From positions 10,944,451 through 11,008,450 of the forward strand of contig NC_134035.1 in NCBI RefSeq assembly GCF_964204645.1: 64,000 nucleotides of DNA, read 5' to 3'. Source of the DNA: Tubulanus polymorphus. Taxonomy: Eukaryota > Animalia > Nemertea. Position numbers and translations under genes: made by a program. This document shows, one piece after another, positions 1-14,012 of the stretch (its first letter is position 1; each line of letters begins with the position of its first letter). The notes beneath the pieces are model-generated. The model was not told where the DNA came from, did not search any database, and saw only the letters and a program-made list of their open reading frames with translations.

Positions 1-2807
1 ATACCCCGTGCGGCCATGTAGAATATTGACAAAAAAGAATTGATAACTTTCTCATTTCTGCTGAGCTAAAAAGTTGACCCGGCCGGCCGGCTATCTACTC
101 TCTACATTCCTTTTTTCAAATCATGGTCTCGCTAACCATAACATATGTTTTATTACATATTCTATTGCGGTTTACTAAAGTGACCCAGCCGATTAGGAGT
201 AACAAGTATCATTTTCTTTAGCCAAAGAGAGAAGATAGATCGCATCCAGTACATTGATCGCGGCTGCGTTCATACGACTGTTCGAATACATCAATTAGTG
301 ACAGGCTGACCGTATACACTCACCCCGATTAATTTACATGGGCAACATTGCCAATTTCACCATCAATTTCAATTTCCATCTCTTCATAAGCCGGAGCAAA
401 CTCGACATATGCATACATACATATATGCATACATACATAATATGTAAGGTTGCGCGCGTCGTATTGTTGAACGCAATAGGTCGGAATTTCCTGATTAAAA
501 TATACTTCTCTCGATACTCGTCGTCAAACCGACATTGATTAATTTCATTCTTTCGGGCCATTGTATCGACACTGGTGAAAGCTACTGGATTCTGTTGTCG
601 GTTTGGTTTCTATACGTGAATAATCGATAAGCGGGTAATTTCGCACGCAACCGGGGGAACTTCGGTGGCGGCAGTATATTTTCTAAACGGACGTTGTCCC
701 ATTGATTTCCACGCTGAAACAATATTGTCGAACCGAGAGACGACCGAACCTGAATTCTATAGGACAATACGAAAACAGTAAACTAAAAAACAGAATGAGG
801 AACTGTAGCAATCGGTCGATACGAAAATAGTAAAATAGGGAACTGCCAACGATACTGCGGCAATCGAGGATTCCGCATATGGCAAGCAAGGATGCGCCAG
901 GTGTCGCAAGTATTGACACGGTCTTCCGGCTTTAATTTCTTCTAAATTTCAGTTAAAACCTAATTTATTTCTCAGATAAACCGATAACTAATAAAACCTT
1001 TACCAATCACTGAATAGAATAATGCATTCAATATTATGGGTTCTGTGATAATGTATACAACTGGGAGCCTAAAAATTCAGTTCGAAGTTTATTTTGATAA
1101 TGAACTAATTTTGACGATCTAAGACCAAGTGCGTGCACATCACGTGCTTATCATATCTTGGTGCAGTTCCCTATTGACACTAATATTTTGGTTCCATATA
1201 CCTGTACTGAAACGAAATGTTTCCAAATTTCTAGAAACACGAATACGCCAATATTTTATGAATATACGATATGTTTGAAAGTTTAAAAGAAAATACGCAT
1301 AGGACAATTTAAAAACAGTTAACCAAATAGATTTGATGCCAACTTGTCTCGTTCCATGAAATTATACTGGCCACCAAATTTTCACGACGAAATATTCGAA
1401 AGACTCATGGTTCAACCACAGTCGAAACGAATTGGCGAAACCTATATCAAACGAATCGCTGATAGTTGTGAGTTGGCCTGTGATAAGAAATATTCACCTG
1501 GAGTTTATTACTCAGCTCGGTGTAAAGGACGTGGCGATCTCTGTCGTCGTGTGTACCGACGGAAATACCCGTGAGCAAAAACGGCAGTAAACTACACATT
1601 CAAACGGCACTGATCTCCAGCAGTGTTCTCCGGCTGGAAATTGCCGCCGCGGATATTCAATATTCAATATTCAACGTAACAAAAATGGATATTTTTTCCG
1701 CCGTTAATAATGCGCGATATCAATGATATCAATCTTTAAACCTGTCAACCCGTTCTAGGTTTTCCCGTTTTTCCTTGATAGGTGCCTGATATCACGAATA
1801 TATACATAGGGTTGACCTTTTGAACTTCTGAAGTATGATAATCTGAATTTCCAATAATAAACATACCAGATATAACATGAATTAATTTGTTAATTTGTTT
1901 TATACATAACTGCCCTATCTTCGGGTGGTGTATAAGGATAATCTAGCTAGTGATGATATTTAGAAGGACAGGAATGCGAGTGCCACCAGAGAATATTCAG
2001 CGCACGAAGGACGACGTTTTCTATATGTTGTTTGTCGCCCTCCTCCTCATTGCAGTGACGCGAATTCTATCCATCCGATCACGCTTCGATACCCGCAATC
2101 AATCTATAAGCAAATTCCGAGGCGGCTGATTCGCGCTGGCATTTTAATCCGGAACCGCGTAATGGAAAATTATCATCTAGTTTAGTAGCCCGAGTTGAGC
2201 GACTTATGGTTTCTCGGTTTCGCGCATTTTACATAAAATGTCGAAAATGATTAATTTAACCATGTGATAATGAATATACAAAAATACGTGCAATTTCAGA
2301 TAGAATATAGAATATCACAATTCTGTTTAGCACATAGTCATTAAAGGCTACAGGCTTTCTTTGATTATTCAAGTAATACTCTGGTCAAACTGTGTACATT
2401 CCTGAAAGCAGCTTTTAAATCATCATAATCTATCTTCCTAGATTTTTCATTGGATTTTTACAATTCACAGATGTATATGTAATGGCATTATATTTTGTAC
2501 TACATAAACGATATTTGTGTACTGTAGATTTTAGTACAAAATTACAATAAGATAAAAAAGAAATTAATGAATGAACAAACGAGGCTCATAGGAGCTGGGT
2601 TGAAGTGGCTGATTTTAGCTGTTGTTTACTTCACTTATATTTCGAGAAACAATTGCAAGAAATCGAATTCGTTTATACTTAATCCTTTTACTCTAATTCA
2701 TTCGCGCTTTCCATTAACGCGACGAAGGAATTAGTAAACCTAGGGTGGACAGTGAGAGGTTCGTATTCGCACTCGAACGGACTTAGGTTTAAAAGCAGGA
2801 AATCAGG

Positions 2808-2830
2808 ATGGCTTTGAAAGCCGAAAGTAG
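2808..2830 (+). CDS. Candidate distal first coding exon of GDA (MALKAES-R)
   Basis: ATG GCT TTG AAA GCC GAA AGT AG|gtaaat ends in phase 2 and joins in frame to the acceptor at 14000 (ttttcag|A CAC CAG AAG AAA ATG GCC). Phase compatibility is the only support. Confidence 0.3.
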
Positions 2831-5800
2831 GTAAATTGGTTATGCTAATCACCGATACTCGCAATCGCTATCGTTCGATCGATCGTTCGACAACGAACGT
2901 AAGCCGATCGTGTCCGCCATGACTTGATCCCCGTGCGACGGACCGCAGACACCCCGCACGACTCGAACCAGCCGAGACCGAGGTATACATGAAAATAGAT
3001 TCGCGAGGCTCGGGAGCTGTAAATAATAATCCGAGATCGATAGAAACGGTCGATTGATACTGACCCCATCAGCGATCGAGTTTTCTTGTACGACGGACAA
3101 ATTACGTTACATCTTAGAATTGCTTTTCTAGAAATGGCGACCGAATTGACCCGCTCTGAAGATGAATACACTGCAATCTCCGTATAGATATCCTATAAGT
3201 GCCGACTCAACTGGTTGAAGGGAAAGGAAGATTTGCCGGCAAATTTCAGACAATCTGCTTTTTCCCTCGGCGAGCAATATTTTATTGTTCTAGCGATAGA
3301 AGTAATGATCCTTCGATGTCCGCGGGCGTCGTCTCTGACTGACTAGGCTGATTTACTACCATAAACCAATAGATGTGCGTGAATATTCACAATACAGAAC
3401 AACGATAGTCGATGTTGATAATGATAATGATAATTTCATTTACCATTTTGAATGATGATGGAGAGACGCATCAAGAGACTGAATGTTGTTTTATAAGATT
3501 CTCATGCCACCCTCGTGCACCCAATCACACTCTATTTCACGCCGCACTCATACAGAAATATCTAAGATGGCAGAAACTGGCAAAAATATGGAACATGGAG
3601 ATAACGTTTGAGAGCACGTTTGAAAACAGTAGGGGATACTGATCCAATCACCTTCAGTGAGTGAGGCAAGTTATCATTAGCCAGATATCAGCTGACATTC
3701 TAACTGAAAATGTCGTTTGTAACTTTATCTATTCGAAAAATACGCCATAATATTTCGAATGAATTTCGAATATATCGTTTTTTAACGATGAACAGGTGGG
3801 CTGTCAATTGATCGGATTTACTGTAAAATCCCCTGAAATATAATTGCGACTAATTTGCAGCTGCTAAACAAATCTTCTGCATTACCCTATCTTGGATTTT
3901 ACATCATTTTATACAAGCAAGAACCACTTCAACTATATCAAGGATATTTGAAATAATTCATAATGCTTTTCACGTATTTCTTGACTTCACTTTTATGGCA
4001 AATGCTAAATCTTCGACCGTTATGCTCGTAGCTCGGGGGTTCATTGGTGGGGGTTGCTGTGCTCCTGTAATCCAGTGATTTGGAGGCATAGTTTGCCCCC
4101 CCCCCCACCCGCTTGGCTCCACCCAATTTTGATTTGAGAAAAATTATCAATCTGATCTAGATGCTCTGAAATGATTTATTTTTCCAAATTTCTTTGGGGC
4201 CCCAAAACCCCCTAAAGGACTTGGCGTCTACGGCGATCACGTTCATGTACCAACACGTATACGACTAGGCCCCGGATTTTTGCCCCCCACCCCCCCTTAC
4301 TCAAAATTCCTGGATGAGCCCCTGCCGAAATTCCTTAGCCAATTTATAAATTTGCGTTGACGGGATTGGATACGTTACGCTTACGTTATACTATACGCTA
4401 AAAACGCTTCGGGAGTTTTATTACACAAACAAAATCAGCTCGAGATATAAAAATCCCTTAATTTCCGTTTCAGACGTTTTCGTAAAAACGGGGATAAATC
4501 GCGAACGGATGTGAATTTCTGAGACTTCATAGCGCGGCTTAATGAAACGGCGCCTCTACACACAGTCTACCCGAGTCTACCGAGAACGATTCACATATAA
4601 CATATATGAATCAGATAAAGATAAGACGATTCATATTTTCGTCTTAGTTGTAATATTGAAGGAAATCAACTAAACAGAAGTTGAGACGAGAAGATACGCA
4701 ATATCCGTGTATAACGAGAGAGATCCCACGATAAATTCAGCCAAAAATAAAAATTTCTGTAGAACAGAAGTTATCTTATTTTTCCGCTATCATTTATTTT
4801 ATTATTCATCTATGTATAACAGTGACGTGTGGAATATTATTGCACATTTCACCGCAATAGATGAATGATATATGTAAATATACATAATTTGTAAGTGCTA
4901 TAACCTGCTCCCAGCCCAAAGGTGCACTTATACAAGTCACTCTACGCAGAAATTCTGGAGAACACTTAACGGACGTGAGAAATATGATGGCGAAATGTCA
5001 CAGACGTGATGATGTCAGGTTAAAGCCTATATGAGGCGGTAATTCCGCGACCGTTTCGCAATAGAAAGTTATACAGTTACAGATTCAGATATGACATTAC
5101 AACGTCTTAAAAACTAGTGAATGAAAAAAGTTTAACCCATAACTTCGCGAGTAAACCTGTCGTCAACTGTTGTATAACATTTCACATTTTATCAATTTTC
5201 ACTATAGAGAACTATATATGCAATATGAACTTATGACAGCGAAATATTCAATACAATAGCTTACGATGATAGCTCGAGGCTTCGAGGCCGGTATGCGAAG
5301 CAATGGGATGGTGCACTCTTGGGTGTGTTGGCAGTAGAAATATACGTACTCAAGGTGACGACAATTCAGTAAATGTTTCTGAAAATTACAAACGTTCGTG
5401 TATGGATTTTAATATCGTATCGATCGAAAGTTATTGAATGTTTTCGAACATAAGAATAAAATCCATATGCGCGCAATGGCATCGTTACTAATGAATCAAC
5501 AGAGATTACCGTAATACGAGAGTCAACCTCGCCTTTACGATCTATACGCTGACATTCTATAGGCAGAAGTACTCTTAGAAGCGAACAAAACTGACTTTGG
5601 AAGATGAGCTGTATTTCATCCTAACATATAGTATATTCAGGAATCATAGAACGAAATAAAATGGCAAATGTTAGTCCGAATGATGTAAATATGATTTTAT
5701 TGATATGTAGCAAATCGGAATTGATGAATTTGGAAAATATGTCAAATCGGGGTTTGAATATTGTATATTATTTGATGTTTGATATTATATGTGTTTAGTA

Positions 5801-7692
5801 CGGTGCTTCTTTCCTGTAGGTTTTCTTTGCATCTCTGTTTTTCTTGCACTTTGTTTATTGACACTCATGTCGTTTGTCCAACTTAAACTTAAACGTTCAT
5901 TTCGCACTGACGACAACGTCAAACGTCGTAATAAATTTCAAAATAGTCGCGTCAAAAATCGAGGAATATTTCATCATCGAGTTTCGATCGGATTTCTGCA
6001 GAAATGATCAAATAAAACCGATTTAATATCGCCTTCTGCTGCCAGTTGACGATGACTTTTTCTTTTCGTTTTAGATTCAAGTTCACGTTCCAGTGAATCG
6101 TATCTTCTGACCCGGCTCCGCAGTTCAGGCACGAAAATTTGAAACATGTATTTCTTCAAATACCAGTTTGAGTTCCAAATAATCAAAATATCGTTGTTAT
6201 TGCTAACATCGTTATCCCAGATTTGTTTTCAAACGCACATTATCTTGCATCATCTGAGGTAATACAAACTACATAACATATTATATGATCAGGGATACAC
6301 CGCTTCAAAATATTCGCATGGAGTAAAATCATTCCGATTGGCTATAGGACCGAAAATGAGCTTAGCTTCGAGTGCAACCAGCCAACGAATGAGTCAGATT
6401 CGGAGTAGAGATCAGTTCATCATAAACCAGGAACCCAACCAGATCCCAACAGATATAGAATTCCGCGGCCGAACAGCATTCTAGTTAGGCAGACTGATGT
6501 CAAAACTGTGTGCAGTGCGGTGGCTGTATGTGACCCTTTCCAGTCAATCAACATAAATGCCATGAACACTTTAGCGAGTCGTTAGTAACTTGTTAATCAC
6601 AATCAAGCAAGTCGCGGGTGATTTCCTTTGTTTTCATATTTCACGGACGATTGACGCGAATTCCGCTGACAAATTGCTAATGATAACGCAGAAGCTTTCG
6701 ATTTATAGCCAACGATCCCAATCAAATCCGCATTCATCATCGAATCGTCGACGCAATTAAGATTCGAGTATATCGATACCGAGGAAGGAATGGATAGCAA
6801 ATATTTACTTAGACTTAAGACTGAATATCTCAAACGATGAATTCCCTGCGGTATTCTACCAGTTGATCAGTATAGGATTAGATTTTAAGGCCAATCTGAG
6901 CCTATTTTTTGTTTAATAACAGACTGGACTTATAGAATAAGACTGGACTTATGGAAGCCAAGATGTTTGGAAGGTGGACGTACACATATATCGGGGCTAG
7001 ACTGGTTGTCGGTCAATTCAATTCAATAATCGATATATTCAAATTCAAAATGAATTTATTGACCCTTAATATTATTCAATTCTATGTCGAAATATGCGTG
7101 TTATTTTACTTGTTTAGTCGTTTTTCTTGTTTATAATGCGCTATATCAGTAATGCAGGCGTTTGATGAAGATAGGCTAGGATATAAAGCGATCCTGCATA
7201 TGATATGTATCACGCTGACTGACAAATTAACATCGCTATAGTTTTGATCGAAGAGTTCTGAGCGCAAATTGAATTCAACGCACAGTGACGTGTGGCGGTT
7301 AATGACGCGAGCGAACAGGGAATGATTCCTGTACGCGGAAGAGACTAATCGTCGGTTTTCAGCGCGATCGCCACAAATTCCATCGTATCGCTTTTTCATA
7401 TTCAATTTCACACGAACAATAATCGTTTAGGAATTGTGAACGCGTATGAAGTCATTTTCTCTGTCGATTAGAGTCACTCTCCCTATATATTCGGCTGTTT
7501 GCTCTGTGACTACTGATTTACCTGATGAAGCTACATTACACGAAGCGCGGCTCGTACTTCAAATAAATCCATTTCACCTTTAATATTTATCTTAATAATT
7601 TTGACTGATTCGACACGAGGTTAACGCGACGCATCCGTCGACTGTACAAGTAAACTTACGGTATAAATAGTTAACAAATATTAACTGACAAG

Positions 7693-7880
7693 ATTCAAAA
7701 TCCATAGAAGCAAAACCAGAACAAATCTCATTTCTTATGAGTAATATATATTTATTATAGCGAACGTTTTCGGGAGTTTCAGGAGTTTGTAACTCCCGAA
7801 AACGTTCCCTATAATGAATATACATTACTACTCATTAGAAAATGAGATTTGTACTGTTTTTGCTTCTATGGATTTTGAAT
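7693..7880. mobile_element. Palindromic (foldback) MITE-like element
   Basis: attcaaaatccatagaagcaaaaccagaacaaatctcattt pairs with the reverse complement ending at 7880; inner arms are aacgttttcgggagtt / aactcccgaaaacgtt. Confidence 0.75.
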
Positions 7881-8730
7881 GATCTAGACTCTCTACCTAA
7901 GATCAACTGACAAAATATTATCACTGAAAACAAGCCCTATACGAATTGTAATCCTTCAAGAGATTTCTGAAAATATTCTTTCCAACATTTATTAGCATTC
8001 GCGTGTTCGTTAAACGCCTACAACATGAATGTACATTGTAGAGGTTTTCAATCTTGAAATAGAAATGATCGCCCCTCTCTTTTTTGATGAATTGACTGGA
8101 TGCTTTCGTTACAAACCTACCACACCTGGCGGGCACGGGTTTAGAAGTGTTTTTACATAATCTGCCCGACACTCGAGTTGAATCTCAATTTACTATCAGA
8201 AGGTCGGGTTGGCCCGGGACTGTGCAGCTATTCTTCACACGTGTACTGAAGTGTCGTGTCGTTTTAGAGGACGATGATGTTTCATTTATCTCACGTCGAA
8301 CGACGGCAAATAAGGACAAAGCAGCCTAATTGAAGTCATTAGGTCTAACGCGAGCCGGGAATCTCCGCGATCGCAAGAACCAACTGATCTATCACGACGG
8401 GTAGAGTCACATCCAGCAGGCGGATAACGAGTCGACTCGGGAATGCGCGTTATAGCAAATGCTCGAAAATGGATAAATTCGGTTGAACTCGGCGCCGCTT
8501 CCAGAAACACCTCACGATTGAAATGAGAAAAAACTACAATAAATTTTTGCACTATTTACACGTGGATAACGACCAAAAATTGACAAAATGATTTTTAACC
8601 TTGTACTAGAGTCATTCCTGAAATCTCGATGTATTGAATAAGGCAGCTAACAAGATTAACCCCAATCAGTCTCGGAACCAAAATTTCCAATCATGTACTG
8701 CGATTCGACCGCTAATCACACGATGTACAT

Positions 8731-9102
8731 CGATTTCCGATTTCAAAATCAAACCCCCTGTTTCGCTCCCGGCAGGTGTGCTGGGTTTGTAAGGGACACC
8801 AAATTAAGAAAAATCTGACGAAATCTACCGATTAAATAGATCACGGTGTCAATCCGTATAAGATCAAAAATGATCAGTTCACTCGGCTGAAAAATATTGA
8901 TACCTTGTTTTTCATTTCCGCAGGGGCTTAAAAGTTGATCCGGCCGGCTATCTATCTACCCTGTACATTACTTTTTTGAAATCATGATCGAGCTAACAAA
9001 ATCAGAACCAGCAGCTTCAGAAATGAACTAATTACAAATTTCATTGGAGTTTACAATAATGATCCGGCCGATTAGCAGAAACAAGATATCATACTTTTAG
9101 CC
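8731..9102 (+). repeat. Interspersed repeat family, with other pieces at 68-222 (+), 54818-54982 (-) and 59835-59884 (+)
   Basis: aaaagttga.ccggccggc...atcatg...gccgatt....aacaag.tatca...ttagcc is shared by three loci. 8731-8780 and 59835-59884 are identical over 50 bp. Confidence 0.8.
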
Positions 9103-9882
9103 ATAAGAAGAAAATCGAAGCGTCTTTCAAATTTCATATATACATTATTTCACCGAAGATGAATCTATAATCGATGAGGTGAATCAGTTCTCATTATTAA
9201 CTGCTTTATCGTTTTAAATGTTATCGCTATCGGATTATTTTCTCGTGCTGTTTCATCAGCGTCGTCCAGAATATAGAATGCCTTCGATGCCCATCACTAT
9301 AAACAACTTTCTATCTGTCTCAGTAGATTCCGCAATTATTCTCTCCTGGCGCGGTTCGTTTTGACAACAACGGGAAGGCATAATCTGTAAACCTACATCC
9401 AGTTACACGGCTAAATTTTACATTAAAGTTGAAACATTGAAAATGATCGTAATTCAATTGGAACCAGGTCCTGATAAAAGCGGCCGGTAGAAAGTTTGTA
9501 ACCCGGGATTCATTCTCTTAAATCGGAATATAATCAACCATGTCTGTTGAAATACTTAGTCATTACGATTCGCTGTTGTTGGTCAAGCATAATCCTTTAC
9601 CGGATTCTCCCACAAGCAACCGGCTTCATGTAGGATAGAATTAATCTAGATATTCTATGTAGAGCATTATATCTCGTCACTGAGACGAAGATGAAGAAGA
9701 TGAAGAGACGGGGTCACGACCCGTTCGCAAATGGCATTAAAACAGTTACGATTACGACTTGTGGCGTGCGAGAACTCGGCGAAGATGGCAGCTAATGCGT
9801 GATTCGACCACGAGATTAGAACAGAAATGAGATGATTAACACCAAGACATAATACTTTAATTGCATCACGTCTCTATAGGGA

Positions 9883-9973
9883 TACTGCTACTGCTGCTGA
9901 TACTGCTGCTGCTACTGCTACGGCTGCTGCTGATACTGCTGCTGATGCTACTGCTGATGCTGCTGTTACTGCT
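9883..9973. repeat. Imperfect (CTG/CTA)n trinucleotide microsatellite
   Basis: tactgctactgctgctgatactgctgctgctactgct... Confidence 0.85.
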
Positions 9974-12900
9974 ATATCAAGACGATTAACATCATTAGAA
10001 CGATATCTCGTTCTTGTTCATATCGTGAACAATGATGTCGTCCGTGTTACAATTGGACGTCTGTATGCGTCCGCAACGAGATCATAAAAAACCCGCGCTT
10101 AGAATGAACAGTAAAGCCCGAGGATATTTCTTATACAAATTTGTTCCGTTTTCTGGAATTAAAAACTCCAAAATGTATTATTATCTTTCCAAAGCAACTG
10201 CCGTTATTTTGAAATTTGCGGAAGTCTGACTAGTCGCGTAATGTAAATTGGATCAGGCGGAAAGCTTGCACTGACCGGGTCCAACGATCTAACAGATTTC
10301 CTACACGTTCAGCCAGCACATTCAGTCTCTAAATTGCTAATCAACATTAATTTACCAACGTAAACATTAAAATTCATAAAATGTTTTGAAAGATTGGATT
10401 TAAGATTGATCAACGCGCTCTCGCACTGTCGACACTTCATCAATATTCATTTCGTATTCAATATTTCCGTATCAGGCAATATAATCATCGCACACTATAT
10501 AGAATGATGCTAGGCCGAACCCTTCCTTTATCAACATATACCCTTAAAAGTACGTTTTTAAGGTGGCGGCAAAAATGTTCCGAGACCTGAAACTATCAAT
10601 ATCGTAATACTGAGTGAACTAAGCCCCGCAGTGAGCGAAGAATGCTTAGAAGACATTAGAATCGTCGTATACACGATCATGCATTATTCATAATGCAACG
10701 CGTACATCCAAATGAAGCTATGGCGTTGAAAATAGCTTCAAGGGCTCATCGCCTGATGATCGCTTCGATTTGATATCGGCGCCCGCGGGGATATCTCTTT
10801 GCTATAGCCCGCGTTGATTGATTGATTCGTCGCAAAATTAATAACAACAGATATTTCGTCTTCTGACACAATAGTCGACGCAACGACGTAACCGATGACA
10901 ACGCGAAATAAAACGCGGATTTCTATTATCATCGCGATTTTTTTTTTGGATGGCTGCTGAATCCAGGGCCGTAACTTAGGGTATACACGCAGAGAAGTGT
11001 ATCAGCGAATGAAATGTAGGTGTTTTCTGCAATTTAGTAACAATAATGATATTAGTAATAACATTTATTTATACACCAGGCTCTACTAAACGCATCGGAG
11101 TTACATAAAATAGGAGGGAGTCGCGGAGTAGCCGTGATAACCTGGTATTAAATCAGTAAACGCGAAGACAAATAGTACCTTGAGAGTTTTCGCTTCTAGT
11201 GCATAGCATCTTTACCCGTTTGAGTAGCGAAAAGTTTGCACTTTCAATGAATTCAACGATCAAAGTATTATTCGTCATAATAATACATCATATTACATTT
11301 CGGCAAAATGTATAGTTTTAAAATGTAAGCTTTCGCGCCAGAGAATCATCAATATCTGTGTAGCCGCGTTGGAGCAACGATATCTCTAATCATTTTCGTG
11401 TTGGGGCTGCGAATTTATAGACATAAATGTGTTATCATTTTCTTGATATTAGCCGTCTTCCAATTTAACAAAACTAATCTTTCAATTCATAATTATTCCG
11501 AGGATGGTGTTGATATAGCCCTTTGCGCTAAACTCGGAAATCGTCTTAGTAAATTATGAAAGAAAGTGCTAGAATCTTTCGTGAAAGAAAGCTGGTATCA
11601 TTAAAAAAATCGGACACTGGGGAAAAAGAGTCCGAAATGTTTCCTTGAGCTTATATTCATTCAACGTTTCGACTCTAGTCAGGAAATGATGTCGAATAGA
11701 TATTCGCTCAAGGAACATTTCGTACTTTATTTAGTATTTTATTCTAAGTGCGAGATTTTGTATCTTCTTTTCAAAACGAACGGCGAATTCCATCAATGGT
11801 TATAAAGCTGCTGTTGTCCCCGAGGGCTGAGATCTTCACCATCGCCCGTGAAAGCCGGAAACTAACGCTACTCAGATTGCATCGGTGGACGATAGAACCC
11901 TTCAGTGCTTACTTTTCAAATTTTGGCACGTCGGATAAGAGTGAATATGTGTAAATGCTTACCTTATAAAGTATTGCTATAGAATCCATGTAAATGTGAT
12001 GAAACTATGTACATATGCAAATGTTATTTTTTCAGTATTCTGAACAGTTTATCCTCCAAACACGCGCGAAAATCCGCCTGAAATTCTACCGAAGCAATAC
12101 GTTACATTATAGTCCATTCTTCTGGTGTATATGTGATATACAGATCGCGTGCATTATAATCGACGTTTGAATCACCGCGTTGCCGGTGAACGCACCGCGC
12201 AACAGTCAGATGTATACAGATGTCCTCGGATGCCCTCGAAGCGCGGTGCAAACGACGCGTCCTTCGTATTCAAGCGTGGTCCATCCACACGGACGAATAG
12301 ATTTAAAGATGTTCCGCCGCGGGGATTCACGGGTTTCAAACTGCGAATCGATTGCATTGCTCGCCTCCTCGAATGAACTATATTTGCAGCGAATACTTCA
12401 GAATTTATCGTATTTTTTCAACAACAACAAAAAAGCAAAAAATTATTAGAATGCTCGCGAAGCTTACGAAACTAATGAAAATGCAATTTAAAAAGTCAGA
12501 AGTATTGATCATCGGCGTATTTGAATTCTAGTCTAAATACCATTGCGCATTTTTATCTTTTCGATTTCGTTATACGTGCGGCGGTCGTACGGTCGTTGTT
12601 GAGGTATGGGACGCTTTCACACGTGACCGACGCAATGTTGACGGACACCCGAAAATTTGGAAAAGACCATGATATTCCAATCCAAGTTTATTTTACGGAG
12701 AGCAAAAGAAATTTTCCTTGTATACAAAAAGATAGTTGAAAAGACAAGACGTAAAAAGAAATTAGATTTTAATAACAAGCACAATTAATTAGTTAAGAGG
12801 GTTAATGAAATGAAGCGTTCTGTGCGGGCCGAGAGAAGCCTGAAGGTCGCTGGCGTAAGCACTCGGGTGGTGAAAAAAGGGGAAAAAGAATCATTGAGTA

Positions 12901-14012
12901 GTCCAATTCTCGATTTACGTATAAGGACAGTGAATGAATAAGCGAAACGACCAATTGATGGAACAATCATAACAGTGATAGTTGTATGACGACAAGTCTT
13001 AAACGGTCAAACAGACTATGACGTCACGCTCATGATGTCATAGAGTCCCTACAATGCCTCATAAATCCATTTATCTCCTCATCAAATTCTGACCAGTGAT
13101 TGGATCTGCTAACTCTTCTAAGGCCACTTGACTATATTTTCCCTAATGATTTGCTAATCGTGACGTCCTATCCTTCTTTGACCTTCCTTTGAACGACGTT
13201 TAATAGAAACATATACATTTCTACACGTTATTTCTACGCTACGTGACCAGGACATTTCGACCTTTTGATTAACTCGCGCGATACAATGCGTAATAAATCA
13301 CTATTGTCAGACAATGTATCTTTGTTTGGAAAAAAAAGATCCGATGTCGTAAAACCATATTGAATTCTGATCAATTGAGAGTTTGTAGTACTTTTACAAC
13401 CTAAGTAAACAACTGAAGCGTTATCTCAAAATCAATACGATTATAGTCTAACTTATCAGCCTGAACTGAACGTGCTCAGAAGTTTACCTCGATATCAACC
13501 GTCTTGGTGAAAGTTCTTGCACGGTATACGAAGATTCATGCGTCTGAATTATCATTCAAAGGACAAAAAATCTTAAGGTAATGGTACAATAACCACACTC
13601 AAACGTGGTTGAACGGATAATATGATAAAAACCACTATGTACAAATTAAAAGAATTTCAAAATCGAGAATTTATCTATTCAGAAAATGTAAGTTACACGA
13701 CGTTTCGATCTCACCCTAGAGATCATAGTGGGATTTTATCTTATTATCTTATAAGGTAATGTTTCTAGAACTAGCACGGAAGTTTTATTCCTGTACACTC
13801 AGATTTCAAAGCTGTCTGTCATAATATGACAATCTTTTAAACGGATTATGTTTAACACTGGGGAATGATTTATAGATAAAGCGTTTTACGACACTCGGTC
13901 TTTCGTTAAGTCCGTAAGTATTGAATGCACCAGTTCGTTAAAAAGACCATTTCGTCCTCAGTCAGGTCTAGTCGCGTCCGGGTCATTACTACTTTTCAGA
14001 CACCAGAAGAAA

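Noticed and set aside
4073-4324. hAT-like MITE ending in ggatgagcccctg
   Set aside because: Only one convincing terminus and no matching TSD; probably a decayed repeat, but its boundaries cannot be supported.
334-13000. Numerous 60-110-aa ORFs in the ORF track
   Set aside because: No recognisable motifs, many non-ATG starts and no chains of phase-compatible exons; consistent with chance ORFs.
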